Shown piece after piece: positions 30,005 through 39,402 of a DNA stretch of 64,000 nucleotides. How positions within the stretch are numbered: position 1 is the stretch's first letter; the number at the start of each line of letters is the position of its first letter. The notes under the pieces are model-generated. The model made no database searches. It had not been told where the DNA came from and saw only the letters and a program-made list of their open reading frames with translations. Source of the stretch: Alphaproteobacteria bacterium (lineage in GTDB: Bacteria; Pseudomonadota; Alphaproteobacteria; Bin95); the NCBI GenBank assembly GCA_963665325.3, contig OZ224045.1, forward strand, positions 864,001-928,000, given 5' to 3'. The translations under genes and the position numbers were made by a program.

Positions 30005-31558
30005 TTGACCGACGAGAGCGTCGAGACCCTCTACGCCCGGTTCGGGCCCGCTTACCGGTGGCTCGCGACCTTCACCGGCATGACGGCCTCCTTCACCATG
30101 GTGCTGACCGGCACGGTGGTGGCGGTCGCGGTGCCCGACGTGATGGGCGCCTACGGCGTCGGGCAGGACCGGGCGCAGCTGCTGACCACGGGCTTCATCG
30201 TCGCCATGACGGCGAGCCAGCTGCTGAACGCCTGGTTCGTCGCGCGCTTCGGCCAGCGGCACACCTTCCTCATCGTCATCGCGCTGTTCTTCGCCGGCGG
30301 GCTGATGGCCGCGCTCGGGCCGACGCTCGACTTCATCATCGTCGGGCGGGTGGTCCAGGGCTTCGCCTCGGGCGTGGTCCAGCCGCTGGTGATGGTCACC
30401 GTCTTCCAGGTGTTCCCCGCCAACCGGCGCGGCATGGCCATGGGCATCTACACGATGGCGCTGGCGATGGCGCTCGGCGTCGGGCCGGTCGTCGGCGGCG
30501 TCACCATCGACCTGCTCTCCTGGCGGCATATCTTCGTCATCACGCTGCCCTTCGTCGCCGTCTCCTTCTTCCTGGGCATGGTGTTTATGCCGCAGGTCCG
30601 CCCGCGCGGGCCCTTCCCGCGTTTCGACTGGTCGGGCTACGCGCTGCTCTGCGTGGCGCTGTTCTGCCTGATGTCCGTGCTCTCCACCGGGCTCCGGGTC
30701 GGCTGGACCTCGGACACGATCCTGTTCCAGACGGCGCTCGGCGCGGCCTGCGGGGTGCTGTTCCTGGTCTCGCAGATGCGCGTCGACGCCTCGCTGCTGG
30801 ACCTCTCGCTCTTGCGCAACAAGGCGTTCGCCTCGGCCGTGTGCATCGCGATCGTGTTCGGCGCCGGCAATTTCGCCACCAGCTACGCCATCCCCGTGTT
30901 CGGCCAGCTGGTGCAGAACCAGACGGCGACCGAAGCCGGCCTGCTGCTGCTGCCGGCGAGCCTGCTGGTCGTGGCGATGCTGCCGCTGACGGGCCGCGCG
31001 TCGGACATCGTGCCGACCTGGATCCCGGTCATGGGCGGGCTGCTCTGCTTCGCCGCCGGCGCGGCGCTGCTGTCCGTTGCGGACGCGAACACGCCCTACT
31101 GGTCGCTCGTCCTGTTCGCCGGCATCAGCCGCTTCGGCATGGCCTGGATCAACCCGGCGCTGATGACGGCCGCGCTCTCCGCCCTGCCGCAGGACCGGCT
31201 CAACCAGGCGGGCGGCGCGATCAACTTCTTCCGCCAGCTCGGCGGCGGCACCGGCACGGGGGTGATCGTGCTGGTGCTGGAATCGCGCATGCTGGTCTAT
31301 GCCGAGGCGCTGGCGGTGACGCAGACGCCCGATAACGCCGCCTCGCGCGATCTGCTCCAGGGCCTCGGCATGCTGCTGGACCGGGCCGGGCTGCCGGAGG
31401 CGGAGACGAGGCATGCGGCGCTCGACTGGCTGGGCCAGGCCGTCTATGCGCAGGCCACCGCCTTCAGCTTCCAGGACGGCTTCCTCGTGCTCGCCATGCT
31501 GTTCGTGCTGGCGCTCGTCCCGGCCTGGGCGCTCGCCCGCGTCAACCGCTTCCGGTAA
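30005..31558 (+). CDS. DHA2-family MFS efflux transporter
   Basis: 14-TM-like hydrophobic pattern, GRVVQG, GPVVGG, RQLGG. Confidence 0.88.
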   Translation: MTDESVETLYARFGPAYRWLATFTGMTASFTMVLTGTVVAVAVPDVMGAYGVGQDRAQLLTTGFIVAMTASQLLNAWFVARFGQRHTFLIVIALFFAGGLMAALGPTLDFIIVGRVVQGFASGVVQPLVMVTVFQVFPANRRGMAMGIYTMALAMALGVGPVVGGVTIDLLSWRHIFVITLPFVAVSFFLGMVFMPQVRPRGPFPRFDWSGYALLCVALFCLMSVLSTGLRVGWTSDTILFQTALGAACGVLFLVSQMRVDASLLDLSLLRNKAFASAVCIAIVFGAGNFATSYAIPVFGQLVQNQTATEAGLLLLPASLLVVAMLPLTGRASDIVPTWIPVMGGLLCFAAGAALLSVADANTPYWSLVLFAGISRFGMAWINPALMTAALSALPQDRLNQAGGAINFFRQLGGGTGTGVIVLVLESRMLVYAEALAVTQTPDNAASRDLLQGLGMLLDRAGLPEAETRHAALDWLGQAVYAQATAFSFQDGFLVLAMLFVLALVPAWALARVNRFR

Positions 31559-31589
31559 AAGCGGAACTCCCGAAGACCGGGAGAGGGGC

Positions 31590-33194
31590 GTGCCCAGTTC
31601 AGCGGATCTGATTGCCCGGCGGCTGGCGGCGGCCGGCTGCCGCCATGCCTTCGGCATTCCGGGCGGCGAGGTGCTTGCCCTCATGGACGCGCTCGACCGG
31701 GCCGGCATCCGGGTCGTGCTCGCCCGGCACGAGACCTGCGCGGGCTTCATGGGCGAGGGCGTCCACCACCGCGACGGCGCGCCTGCGATCCTGGTCGTCA
31801 CCATCGGCCCGGGCCTCGCCAACGCGGTGAACGTCATCGCCAATGCCTGGCAGGACCGCGTGCCGATGGTGGTGCTGACGGGCTGCGTCTCCACCTCCGA
31901 GCAACATGGCTACACCCACCAGGTGCTCGACCATGCGAGGCTGGTGGAGCCCATCGCCAAGGCGGCGTTCCGCGTCGAGGACGGCATGGCGGCCATGCTC
32001 GCAGACCGGGCGGTCGCCATCGCCACGGAAGGCCGGCCCGGCCCGGTGCTGCTGGATGTGCCCATCGACGTCCAGACCCGCGAACAGCCCGCGCCGCCGC
32101 CCCCGGAGCCCGCGCCCGCGCCGGTCGGCCCGGCCGAGGGCCCGGCGCTGGACGAGGCCCGGTCATGGCTTGCAGAGGCCCGCCGCCCGCTCGTCATCGC
32201 CGGCCTCGACGTGCTGAACCAGGAGGCGGAGGCGGCCGTCGCGGCGTTCTGCCGGCGGTTCGGCGCGCCGCTCGTCACCAGCTACAAGGCGAAGGGCGTG
32301 CTGCCGGAAGACGACCCGCTGGCGCTCGGCGGCGCCGGCCTCAGCCCGCGCGCGGACGGCCGCCTGCTGCCGGTCGTCGCGGCGTCGGACTGCGTGGTGC
32401 TCGCCGGCTACGACCCTATCGAGATGCGCATCGGCTGGCGCGACCCCTGGGCGGACGGCGCGCGCGTCATCGACCTGCCGGCCGTCGCCGGCGGTCACGG
32501 CATGCACCGGGCCCGGCTCGTGTTTCCGGGCGATGTCGCCGCCGGCCTGGAGGCGCTCGGCCGGGGGCAGGAGCCGCGCGAGACCTGGGCCGGGGGCGAG
32601 CCGGCGGCGGCAAGCGCGGCGCTCCGGGCCGAAAGCCGGCTCGACGAGGACTGGGGCCCGGCGGCGGTCGTCGATGTGCTCCGCCGGTCGCTACCGCGCG
32701 ACGCCGTGGTCACCACCGACAGCGGCGCGCACCGGATCGTGCTGAGCCAGCTCTTCGAGTGCTACCGCCCGCGCGGCCTGCTCCAGTCCACCGGGCTCTG
32801 CACCATGGGCTGCGCGGTGCCGCTCGCCATCGGGCGCAAGCTGGCGGAGCCGGACCGCGCGGTGGTGGCGACGATAGGCGACGGGGGCCTGGAGATGTTC
32901 CTCGGCGAGCTCGCCACGCTGCGCGACCTGAAGCTCGCCATCCCCATCCTCGTCTTCGTGGACACGCAGCTCGGCCTGATCGAGCTGAAGCAGCGCACAT
33001 CCCAACTCCCGAACCTCGCCGTGGACTTCGGCGCCACAGACTTCCCCGCCGTCGCAAGGGCGCTCGGCGGCGAAGGCGTCGCCGTCAGCGACCGCGCCGG
33101 CCTCGCGCGGGAGATGGAGGCGGCGTTGTCGCGAGACCGCTTCACGATTATCGCTGCCGAGATCGGCCGGCGGGCTTATGACGGGCGGATTTGA
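31590..33194 (+). CDS. Thiamine pyrophosphate-dependent enzyme (acetolactate synthase-like)
   Basis: FGIPGG, RHE, GPGLAN, PGPVLLD, TMGCAVP, GDGG. Confidence 0.9.
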   Translation: MPSSADLIARRLAAAGCRHAFGIPGGEVLALMDALDRAGIRVVLARHETCAGFMGEGVHHRDGAPAILVVTIGPGLANAVNVIANAWQDRVPMVVLTGCVSTSEQHGYTHQVLDHARLVEPIAKAAFRVEDGMAAMLADRAVAIATEGRPGPVLLDVPIDVQTREQPAPPPPEPAPAPVGPAEGPALDEARSWLAEARRPLVIAGLDVLNQEAEAAVAAFCRRFGAPLVTSYKAKGVLPEDDPLALGGAGLSPRADGRLLPVVAASDCVVLAGYDPIEMRIGWRDPWADGARVIDLPAVAGGHGMHRARLVFPGDVAAGLEALGRGQEPRETWAGGEPAAASAALRAESRLDEDWGPAAVVDVLRRSLPRDAVVTTDSGAHRIVLSQLFECYRPRGLLQSTGLCTMGCAVPLAIGRKLAEPDRAVVATIGDGGLEMFLGELATLRDLKLAIPILVFVDTQLGLIELKQRTSQLPNLAVDFGATDFPAVARALGGEGVAVSDRAGLAREMEAALSRDRFTIIAAEIGRRAYDGRI

Positions 33195-33292
33195 CTGGTG
33201 GCGGGGTGACCGCGGTCAAGGCGGCTTCGGTTCAACGTGGATGGTGTAGGGTGGGACAAACCGGAGTCAACAGGCGATGTACGGAAGAGGGT

Positions 33293-33739
33293 ATGGTTGA
33301 CATTGTGGACAGCAAGCGGCGCAGTGAACTTATGGCCGGGATCCGCGGCCGCGACACCGCTCCCGAACTCGCTGTCCGCCGCATCGCCCACCGCATGGGC
33401 TTGCGTTTCCGTCTCCACCGGAAAGGCCTACCTGGCCGCCCCGACCTTGTTTTCCCGAAGCACCGTCTCGCCGTCTTGGTGCACGGCTGTTTCTGGCACC
33501 TGCATGAGGGCTGCCCATTCTCCCACATTCCCAAAACGCGTACGGCCTATTGGGCCGACAAGTTTGAACGGAATGTCGCTCGCGACAAGCGCAACCGGGA
33601 AGCGTTGCAGGGCCTTGGATGGCGGGTTGTCCTTATTTGGGAATGCGAAGTCGGTGACGAAGAAGCGGTACGGCAGCGGTTGGCGGCGGCGACCGGACGC
33701 GGGGAATCGGGCTTTGCCGCTGCCGTCGCAATATGCTAG
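33293..33739 (+). CDS. vsr: Very short patch repair endonuclease
   Basis: MVDIVDSKRRSELMAGIRGRDTAPE, LPGRPD, HGCFWH, GWRVVLIWEC. Confidence 0.95.
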   Translation: MVDIVDSKRRSELMAGIRGRDTAPELAVRRIAHRMGLRFRLHRKGLPGRPDLVFPKHRLAVLVHGCFWHLHEGCPFSHIPKTRTAYWADKFERNVARDKRNREALQGLGWRVVLIWECEVGDEEAVRQRLAAATGRGESGFAAAVAIC

Positions 33740-33751
33740 GAGGCGCTGCTC

Positions 33752-34993
33752 ATGGAAGCGCCCGCGCAACCCGATTCGCGCCCGTCCTTCGTAGATGCGT
33801 TCGCAGGCTGCGGCGGCTTGAGCCTCGGCCTCAAGCGCGCAGGGTGGCAGGGGCTCTTTGCTATCGAGAAAGACCCCAACGCATTCCAAACCCTGTCGGC
33901 GAACTTCCCCACGGGCGACGGCCCGCTCTCCTATGCATGGCCTGAGGGAATAGAACGGCAGACTTGGGACATCCGAGAGTTGCTGTCGCAGCGCCAGCAG
34001 GTATTGAAGGGCCTTGAGGGCAAGGTGGACCTACTAGCGGGCGGGCCGCCTTGTCAGGGGTTTTCGCAGGCCGGACCGAGGCAGGCGGGCGACCCCCGAA
34101 ACACCCTCTTCGAGGCTTATCTGGAACTTGTCGAACTGCTGCGCCCGCGTTTCGTGCTCGTGGAGAATGTCCGGGGGTTCGCATCGGATTTCAAAGCGCG
34201 GGAATCCGGACCCGTCGAGAACTTTGCCGAGGCGCTGAAGCGAGGCCTTGAAGGGCAATATGACATTATGCCGGCATTCATCCGGGCCAGCGATTTCGGG
34301 GTGCCGCAGATGCGGCCCCGTTTCTTTCTGGTCGGGGCCCTCAAGGGAATGGAGGTGAGCGGAGGAATCGAAGCCTTTTTCGGTGACCTGCGGGAAGCAG
34401 CCCCTGGTTTCCTGTCAGAACGGGGGCTTCCAGAAAAGCCTAATGCCAAGGATGCAATCGGCGACCTTGAGACAGAGATAAACGGCACGATACTTTGCGA
34501 CGAATGCAAGGGATTCGAGAAGATCGGCTACAAAGCACCACGTACGGCCTACCAAAAGGCCATGCGCGACGGCTACAAGGGTGTCCCCTCTTGCACGCGA
34601 CTGGCCCGCCACAGGCCACATATCCGCGAGCGTTTTGCTTCCATCATTGCAGCGTGCAAGGAAGAGAAACGCCTCAATACATCGCTTTCGGCCAAGATGC
34701 GGTCCGACTACGGGCTCAGCAAATCAGGCCTCAGAGTCATGGACCCGAAAGCGCCTACACCAACTATTACCAGCCTGCCCGACGACCTTCTGCACTATTC
34801 CGAGCCGAGAACCCTAACCGTACGCGAAAATGCGCGGCTCCAATCCTTTCCCGATTGGTTTGAATTCAAGGGCAAATACACGACTGGTGGCGAACGGCGG
34901 CGCAACGAAGTCCCTCGGTTCACGCAAGTAGCAAATGCAGTTCCTCCCTTATTGGCGGAGCAAATTGGCCTAGCTCTCTTGCGAATACGCTAA
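33752..34993 (+). CDS. dcm: C5 DNA cytosine methyltransferase
   Basis: FAGCGG, GGPPCQGFS, ENV, PQMRPR, RENARLQSFPD, ANAVPP motifs. Confidence 0.95.
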   Translation: MEAPAQPDSRPSFVDAFAGCGGLSLGLKRAGWQGLFAIEKDPNAFQTLSANFPTGDGPLSYAWPEGIERQTWDIRELLSQRQQVLKGLEGKVDLLAGGPPCQGFSQAGPRQAGDPRNTLFEAYLELVELLRPRFVLVENVRGFASDFKARESGPVENFAEALKRGLEGQYDIMPAFIRASDFGVPQMRPRFFLVGALKGMEVSGGIEAFFGDLREAAPGFLSERGLPEKPNAKDAIGDLETEINGTILCDECKGFEKIGYKAPRTAYQKAMRDGYKGVPSCTRLARHRPHIRERFASIIAACKEEKRLNTSLSAKMRSDYGLSKSGLRVMDPKAPTPTITSLPDDLLHYSEPRTLTVRENARLQSFPDWFEFKGKYTTGGERRRNEVPRFTQVANAVPPLLAEQIGLALLRIR

Positions 34994-35937
34994 AGGCTTG
35001 GAGACCCGAGTTCATTCCGCAACACTTCACAAATGGCCTCCAACGCTCGCCGATGGATGCGGAGCTTCTTTCGAAAGCTCTGCATCCATTCGTCATCGAT
35101 TACTTCGACATCGCCTCGCCGTGTAGGACGTAAAATAATCTGACCATCGCTAGCAAATTCCTCGTTAGCATGCGCTAACAGGTTTCGATTGTCTATAATG
35201 TCTTGCTTGTACGACTGCAGGAAAGTATCTTCTTTCTCGAAATCTGCGTCTACTACTTTAGTCATCCTTACAATGGCACGGTATCTGTCGTAGGATGAAA
35301 ACAAACCAGTGTCCAAAACAACAGGAATTAATCCGTCCACTAATTTACCTCTTAACCGAGCAGAACGGCCCTCCATATTTTTGACAAGTTTCTCCGTCGT
35401 CCTCCTCTCCACTCGTAACACTCTCGGATTATTCAAGTTCAAAATAAATACAATCGCTTTTTCCATAATTATATCCATCTCCGCAACTTCTGCCATAGCA
35501 ATACCCCGCATCAGTGTAAGGTCTACCGCCTTTCCAATCACAGTATCTGCAATTCCTTTAAGAGGATCACTCAAATATCGCCTCTCTTCTACAAAAACTC
35601 CCGAAACTCCGTGTTCCAGAAGCTCTTTTTGCAACTCCCTGGTCGGAATTCCGGAATAAAACACCATATCTGTATACGGTAGAGTAACCCTTAGGCGTCT
35701 CGCCACCTGAGCACCATCAATGTCGTCATGGCCGAGATTGTAGTCGATCATAACGAGATTGAAACTCTTCCCCTTCCCCTTTTCGAGCTCCTGCAGTGAC
35801 TCTTCGGATATTTCATCCAAGTAACGCGAACTCAGGCTAAATCCCTTCGAGTCTAGGTGCTCTTCGAGAGTTCTGATTGCTTGTTGAAGACCTTCGGGAT
35901 TATCGTCCACAATCAAAAGAGAAAAATCGAGCTTCAT
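34990..35937 (-). CDS. Response-regulator receiver domain fused to HEPN-like C-terminal domain
   Basis: LIVDD, VMIDYNL (phosphoacceptor Asp), VFYSG; C-terminal NRNLLAH (Rx4H). Confidence 0.75.
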   Translation of the reverse strand: MKLDFSLLIVDDNPEGLQQAIRTLEEHLDSKGFSLSSRYLDEISEESLQELEKGKGKSFNLVMIDYNLGHDDIDGAQVARRLRVTLPYTDMVFYSGIPTRELQKELLEHGVSGVFVEERRYLSDPLKGIADTVIGKAVDLTLMRGIAMAEVAEMDIIMEKAIVFILNLNNPRVLRVERRTTEKLVKNMEGRSARLRGKLVDGLIPVVLDTGLFSSYDRYRAIVRMTKVVDADFEKEDTFLQSYKQDIIDNRNLLAHANEEFASDGQIILRPTRRGDVEVIDDEWMQSFRKKLRIHRRALEAICEVLRNELGSPSL

Positions 35938-38207
35938 GTCGGTATCCTAAGCACCATGTGGGCACCGCTAAGCAGTTCGGACTGAGGCTCCTTTGGTGCC
36001 TCAACAAGCCCGCCCATGCCCTCCACCACCTGCTTGACGTGGTAAAGGCCAAGGCCAGAGCCATCTGTAGTTGTAACACCTTTTTCGAAGACGCGGCTTA
36101 CGGGCTCCATGGAAGACGGCCAGCCGGGTCCGTTGTCGCCAACGGAAATCCTGAGTTCAGGTTCTGGGCCTTTCCCGACATCTAAGGCAAATCCAATGTT
36201 GGTCGCGCGCGCTTTGGCCGCATTCGAAACGAGATTGTCGATAACAATACCGATCTCGATTGGGCGGAACGAGCGCGAGAAAGGCTTGCTATCACTTCCA
36301 AATTCCACCGCGATGCCCTGTGGAGCCCACAGAGCGGACACTGTTTCGATATAGTCGCGTATAAAGGCGGTGAGATCGGCTTTCACTTTCGCCGATTGCT
36401 GCCGGTATCCGCCTTTGGTTGCAAACCGCGCGGCCGTCAGGATTTGGCTGTTCCTGAATGAGACCTGCTCTAGGAAGTCCACCCAGTCGCCTTTTGTGAG
36501 GGCCGCACCGTTCCTAAGCTTAGCCATCATCCGGCGCACGCCCTCGTGGACATCCGAGGCATGCATAATGATCTGGTGGTGGAGATTGAGAATCGTGTCT
36601 TGGTCTAGGGACGAAACGGCTACTAGGAACTCGCTGCGTTTGCGTTCCTCCGCATATCTGGCCTCCGCAACTGTCTTAGCCCTAGATGCCGAGGCTGCTC
36701 TTCCCTCCGCCCGGCGTTCGGCCTCCCGTGCTTCTGCTTCAGCAGCTTGAAGAGCCTTGATACGCTTCTTGGCGTCGTCCACGCGAGCAAGAAGGACGTT
36801 GTCACCGGTTCTCTCGGCCAACAGTTCGAGGGCTTTTAGAGATGTTTCAAACGCTGACGACTTCGCGTCCACAATGCGCACAATATCTGGATTGTACTCC
36901 ACAAGGTCAATGCCATCGGTAGCAGCTAATCTGGACACCAGTTGTCCTATTTTAGCGCTGCTCTCGTCGAGCATCATCCGCGAAGTGTCTTGAATGTCTT
37001 TATCAAATTTATCCGCCCAAGAGATATCTACGACATATCGTTCAAGGCGTCTAATGCATTTCGCTATAAAGCAGTCTATCAGCTCTTCGACTTGTTGTGT
37101 GCGGATAAGCCCCTGGTCCCGGCTCGTTGCCTCGACAAACCCATCGACGCCTTTGATTTGTACGTGGCCAATCAGGTCCCGAGTTCCCAGAAATCGTCTC
37201 ATCCCTTGCTGTTTTCGATGAAGCAAGCGAAAAAAGTCGTCTGTTTGATCTCCAATTGGAAATACCCGAAAGCCATTACGAAATAGGAAAATTGATCCGA
37301 AGGCAACACTTTGTATTCCCATCCGATGGGCGAATAACGTTTTGGCTCCACGGTTCAAGAAATAGATTTCTGAAGTGAATTGCGACTTTGTCAATTTTTC
37401 GTACTGATTCTTTTCCCTGATTCTATAAATTGTTTCGCCGCGATCCGTGAGATGGGTTTGGATGATTGCGCCGTTGTCTACTATTTCTACCTTTATTGTG
37501 GTTGTTCGTTGTTTCAACACATTAAGAATTTCGTTAGTAACCTCACCACTCAGGGATGATTTTCCTTTGATGTGCAAATTTATGCGAAACTTGGTCTCTT
37601 CGTCAGAAAATGGATTGATTAACTTCGCAAGTTCCCGGCGCAATTTTTGAAAATCCTCGTCGCTCCATGCGTGCCGCAAAGAGGTAATTTCAAGTATCGT
37701 TCCTTTCTTGGTGTGCGGAAACATGTCGAATGAGGGAAGGTTGACGTCTTCCCGAATTTCGACTTCGATATCCCCAAATTCTTGCTTGGAATTTTGTTCG
37801 TATCTTGTCCAGTCAATGTCCAATACTTGTACGGGGCCAATATGAGAGCGAGAATTGAGTACTAGACGACTTCCAAGGCGATCACACGAAAACCTCCCGA
37901 TGCCCTTAGCGCCGGCAAAAGGGCGACTTCGGTCTGCAACCTTGTCACGGTAGTCTTGATCCTCAGTGCCGTCTCGCTTTGCGGAATAGGCAACAAATAG
38001 CCATTTGTCGAGAATGTCGCGTCGGGACATTCCCTTGCCGTTGTCCGCGATGACAATCCTGTCATCCTCAAAGCAAATGTGGACAGAGTCAGCATGGGCG
38101 TCAAAAGAATTCTTGACCAGTTCAAAGACGGCTACGAAGTCGTTGGTGATCAGCTCACGTCCGATCAGGTCCTTCAACCCGGTACTGACCCTGAACGCTT
38201 TCTGCAT
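35934..38207 (-). CDS. MORC/MutL-type GHKL ATPase fused to histidine kinase
   Basis: N-terminal ELVKNSFDA, DNGKGM, GAKGIGRF, RNGFRV; coiled coil; NLHHQ H-box; C-terminal NLVSNA, DNGPG, GSGLGL. Confidence 0.85.
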   Translation of the reverse strand: MQKAFRVSTGLKDLIGRELITNDFVAVFELVKNSFDAHADSVHICFEDDRIVIADNGKGMSRRDILDKWLFVAYSAKRDGTEDQDYRDKVADRSRPFAGAKGIGRFSCDRLGSRLVLNSRSHIGPVQVLDIDWTRYEQNSKQEFGDIEVEIREDVNLPSFDMFPHTKKGTILEITSLRHAWSDEDFQKLRRELAKLINPFSDEETKFRINLHIKGKSSLSGEVTNEILNVLKQRTTTIKVEIVDNGAIIQTHLTDRGETIYRIREKNQYEKLTKSQFTSEIYFLNRGAKTLFAHRMGIQSVAFGSIFLFRNGFRVFPIGDQTDDFFRLLHRKQQGMRRFLGTRDLIGHVQIKGVDGFVEATSRDQGLIRTQQVEELIDCFIAKCIRRLERYVVDISWADKFDKDIQDTSRMMLDESSAKIGQLVSRLAATDGIDLVEYNPDIVRIVDAKSSAFETSLKALELLAERTGDNVLLARVDDAKKRIKALQAAEAEAREAERRAEGRAASASRAKTVAEARYAEERKRSEFLVAVSSLDQDTILNLHHQIIMHASDVHEGVRRMMAKLRNGAALTKGDWVDFLEQVSFRNSQILTAARFATKGGYRQQSAKVKADLTAFIRDYIETVSALWAPQGIAVEFGSDSKPFSRSFRPIEIGIVIDNLVSNAAKARATNIGFALDVGKGPEPELRISVGDNGPGWPSSMEPVSRVFEKGVTTTDGSGLGLYHVKQVVEGMGGLVEAPKEPQSELLSGAHMVLRIPT

Positions 38208-38349
38208 TCCTAACGATGTTCCAACCGTTGATTAAGAAACGGCAGGGAAGGCCCTGCTGCCTGCATTCATGCTGGTCGCTGCGGGCTGTTCCGTCAAGCC
38301 TTCGTTGCTACGCGGCCGGTTGCTGGTTGCGAGGAGAGCGGAGAAGCGA

Positions 38350-38408
38350 CCCAGCCGGGGAGTACCGCAAAAGAGGTTGAATCCGTCCACATGGACGAAC
38401 CTGCGCAC
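38350..38408 (-). pseudogene. NYN-domain ribonuclease N-terminal remnant
   Basis: VRRFVHVDGFNLFCG resembles the NYN start MRTxVYVDGFNLYYG; similarity is lost after about 20 codons. Confidence 0.55.
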
Positions 38409-38428
38409 CGGAACCTGCCAAGAAAGCA

Positions 38429-38469
38429 GAGGCCTCCGAAGAGGCCCCGCGCCGGGCGGTCGAAACCGC
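38429..38469 (-). ncRNA. Two tandem UUCG-tetraloop hairpins (structured leader)
   Basis: Minus strand GCGGT-TTCG-ACCGC and GGCCTC-TTCG-GAGGCC immediately upstream of the NYN remnant. Confidence 0.45.
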
Positions 38470-38527
38470 AAGGAGTGTTGACGGCAATCTATACCTTCCC
38501 TCCTAGACTATCGAGCGGACTCGAGGA

Positions 38528-38923
38528 TCAGACCCGCCGCCCCCGCGCAAGGCGTTCCTTCCGCTGCAAGCCGTGGCGCTCCAGGAAGCGCTGTACCGTG
38601 GCGGCGCTGACGGTCAGGCCCTCGACCGCCAGCGCGGCCCGCAGCGCCGGGATGGTTAGCTTCGGGCGCTGCTTCAGCAGGCGGAACACCAGTGCGCGCG
38701 CCGGCTCGATCCGAGACGGCGGGCGTCGGCGCGGGTCCGCCCGGACATTGCCGCGCTGGCGGTAGCGCTGGACCCACCGATGGACGCTGGTCTGGGCGAC
38801 CTCGAATTTCAGCGCCGCTTCGCGAAAGCTCATGCCCCGCTCGAGCACCGCCGCCACCGCCCGGCGGCGCAGGTCCTCGCCTACCGCCTTGCCCGGCTTC
38901 GGCCCCGCCAATTCGTCCGCCAT
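38528..38923 (-). CDS. IS630-like N-terminal HTH protein without DDE domain
   Basis: EDLRRRAVAAV...SFREAALKFEVAQTSVHRWVQR...VSAATVQRFLERHG. Confidence 0.7.
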   Translation of the reverse strand: MADELAGPKPGKAVGEDLRRRAVAAVLERGMSFREAALKFEVAQTSVHRWVQRYRQRGNVRADPRRRPPSRIEPARALVFRLLKQRPKLTIPALRAALAVEGLTVSAATVQRFLERHGLQRKERLARGRRV

Positions 38924-39172
38924 CCTGTCCGCCCTCCTTTCCATCGCCGTTTCCGCCGGCCGCCGTTCCAGCCTGTTTGCGTTGTCTGCGCGGGCCGCGG
39001 GCCGCTGCCGTTCCAGGCCCGACGATTTAATGCCCTCCGCCGCGCGCACCTGTCCGGTTGAGCGTCCGCCCCTCGATACAGCTCCCAAATCCCTCGCGAG
39101 GCGCCGCCCGGCGCCCCGGCTCACGTCCACGTCATCGCCTCGTTTCCTCGCGGTTGGCACGGGTATTGGGGG

Positions 39173-39201
39173 TATATAGGGAACAAACAGGCAAGATGCA
39201 A
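39173..39201 (-). promoter_or_regulatory. Putative sigma70 promoter TTGCAT-N17-TATATA
   Basis: Exact 17-bp spacing in an AT-rich patch, pointing toward the IS630-like HTH gene. Confidence 0.4.
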
Positions 39202-39315
39202 GGAATTTGAGGAATTTATGCCGGATTTCGGGGTGCGAGACTCCGTCCGCCGCTTCCGCCGGGGCGCTGCGTCACGCTCCGCCCCCAATGTCGCCAGGCC
39301 TGTTCCCGTCCTTTC

Positions 39316-39402
39316 CGTCATGCCCGGACTTGTTCCGGGCATCTCCCTCGGGGCCACTGCGATGGCGGAAATGGATGCCCGGATCAAAGCCGGAGCATGT
39401 CG
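39316..39402. repeat. Alphaproteobacterial REP-like palindromic element
   Basis: GTCATGCCCGGACTTGTTCCGGGCATC ... GATGCCCGGATCAAAGCCGGAGCATGTC inverted arms. Confidence 0.75.

Noticed and set aside
33293-38207. Classical type II restriction-modification system
   Set aside because: No PD-(D/E)XK or HNH restriction endonuclease recognised; Vsr is a repair nickase
39181-39195. Possible alphaproteobacterial LexA box (GAAC-N7-CAAG)
   Set aside because: Only one half-site matches GAAC-N7-GAAC
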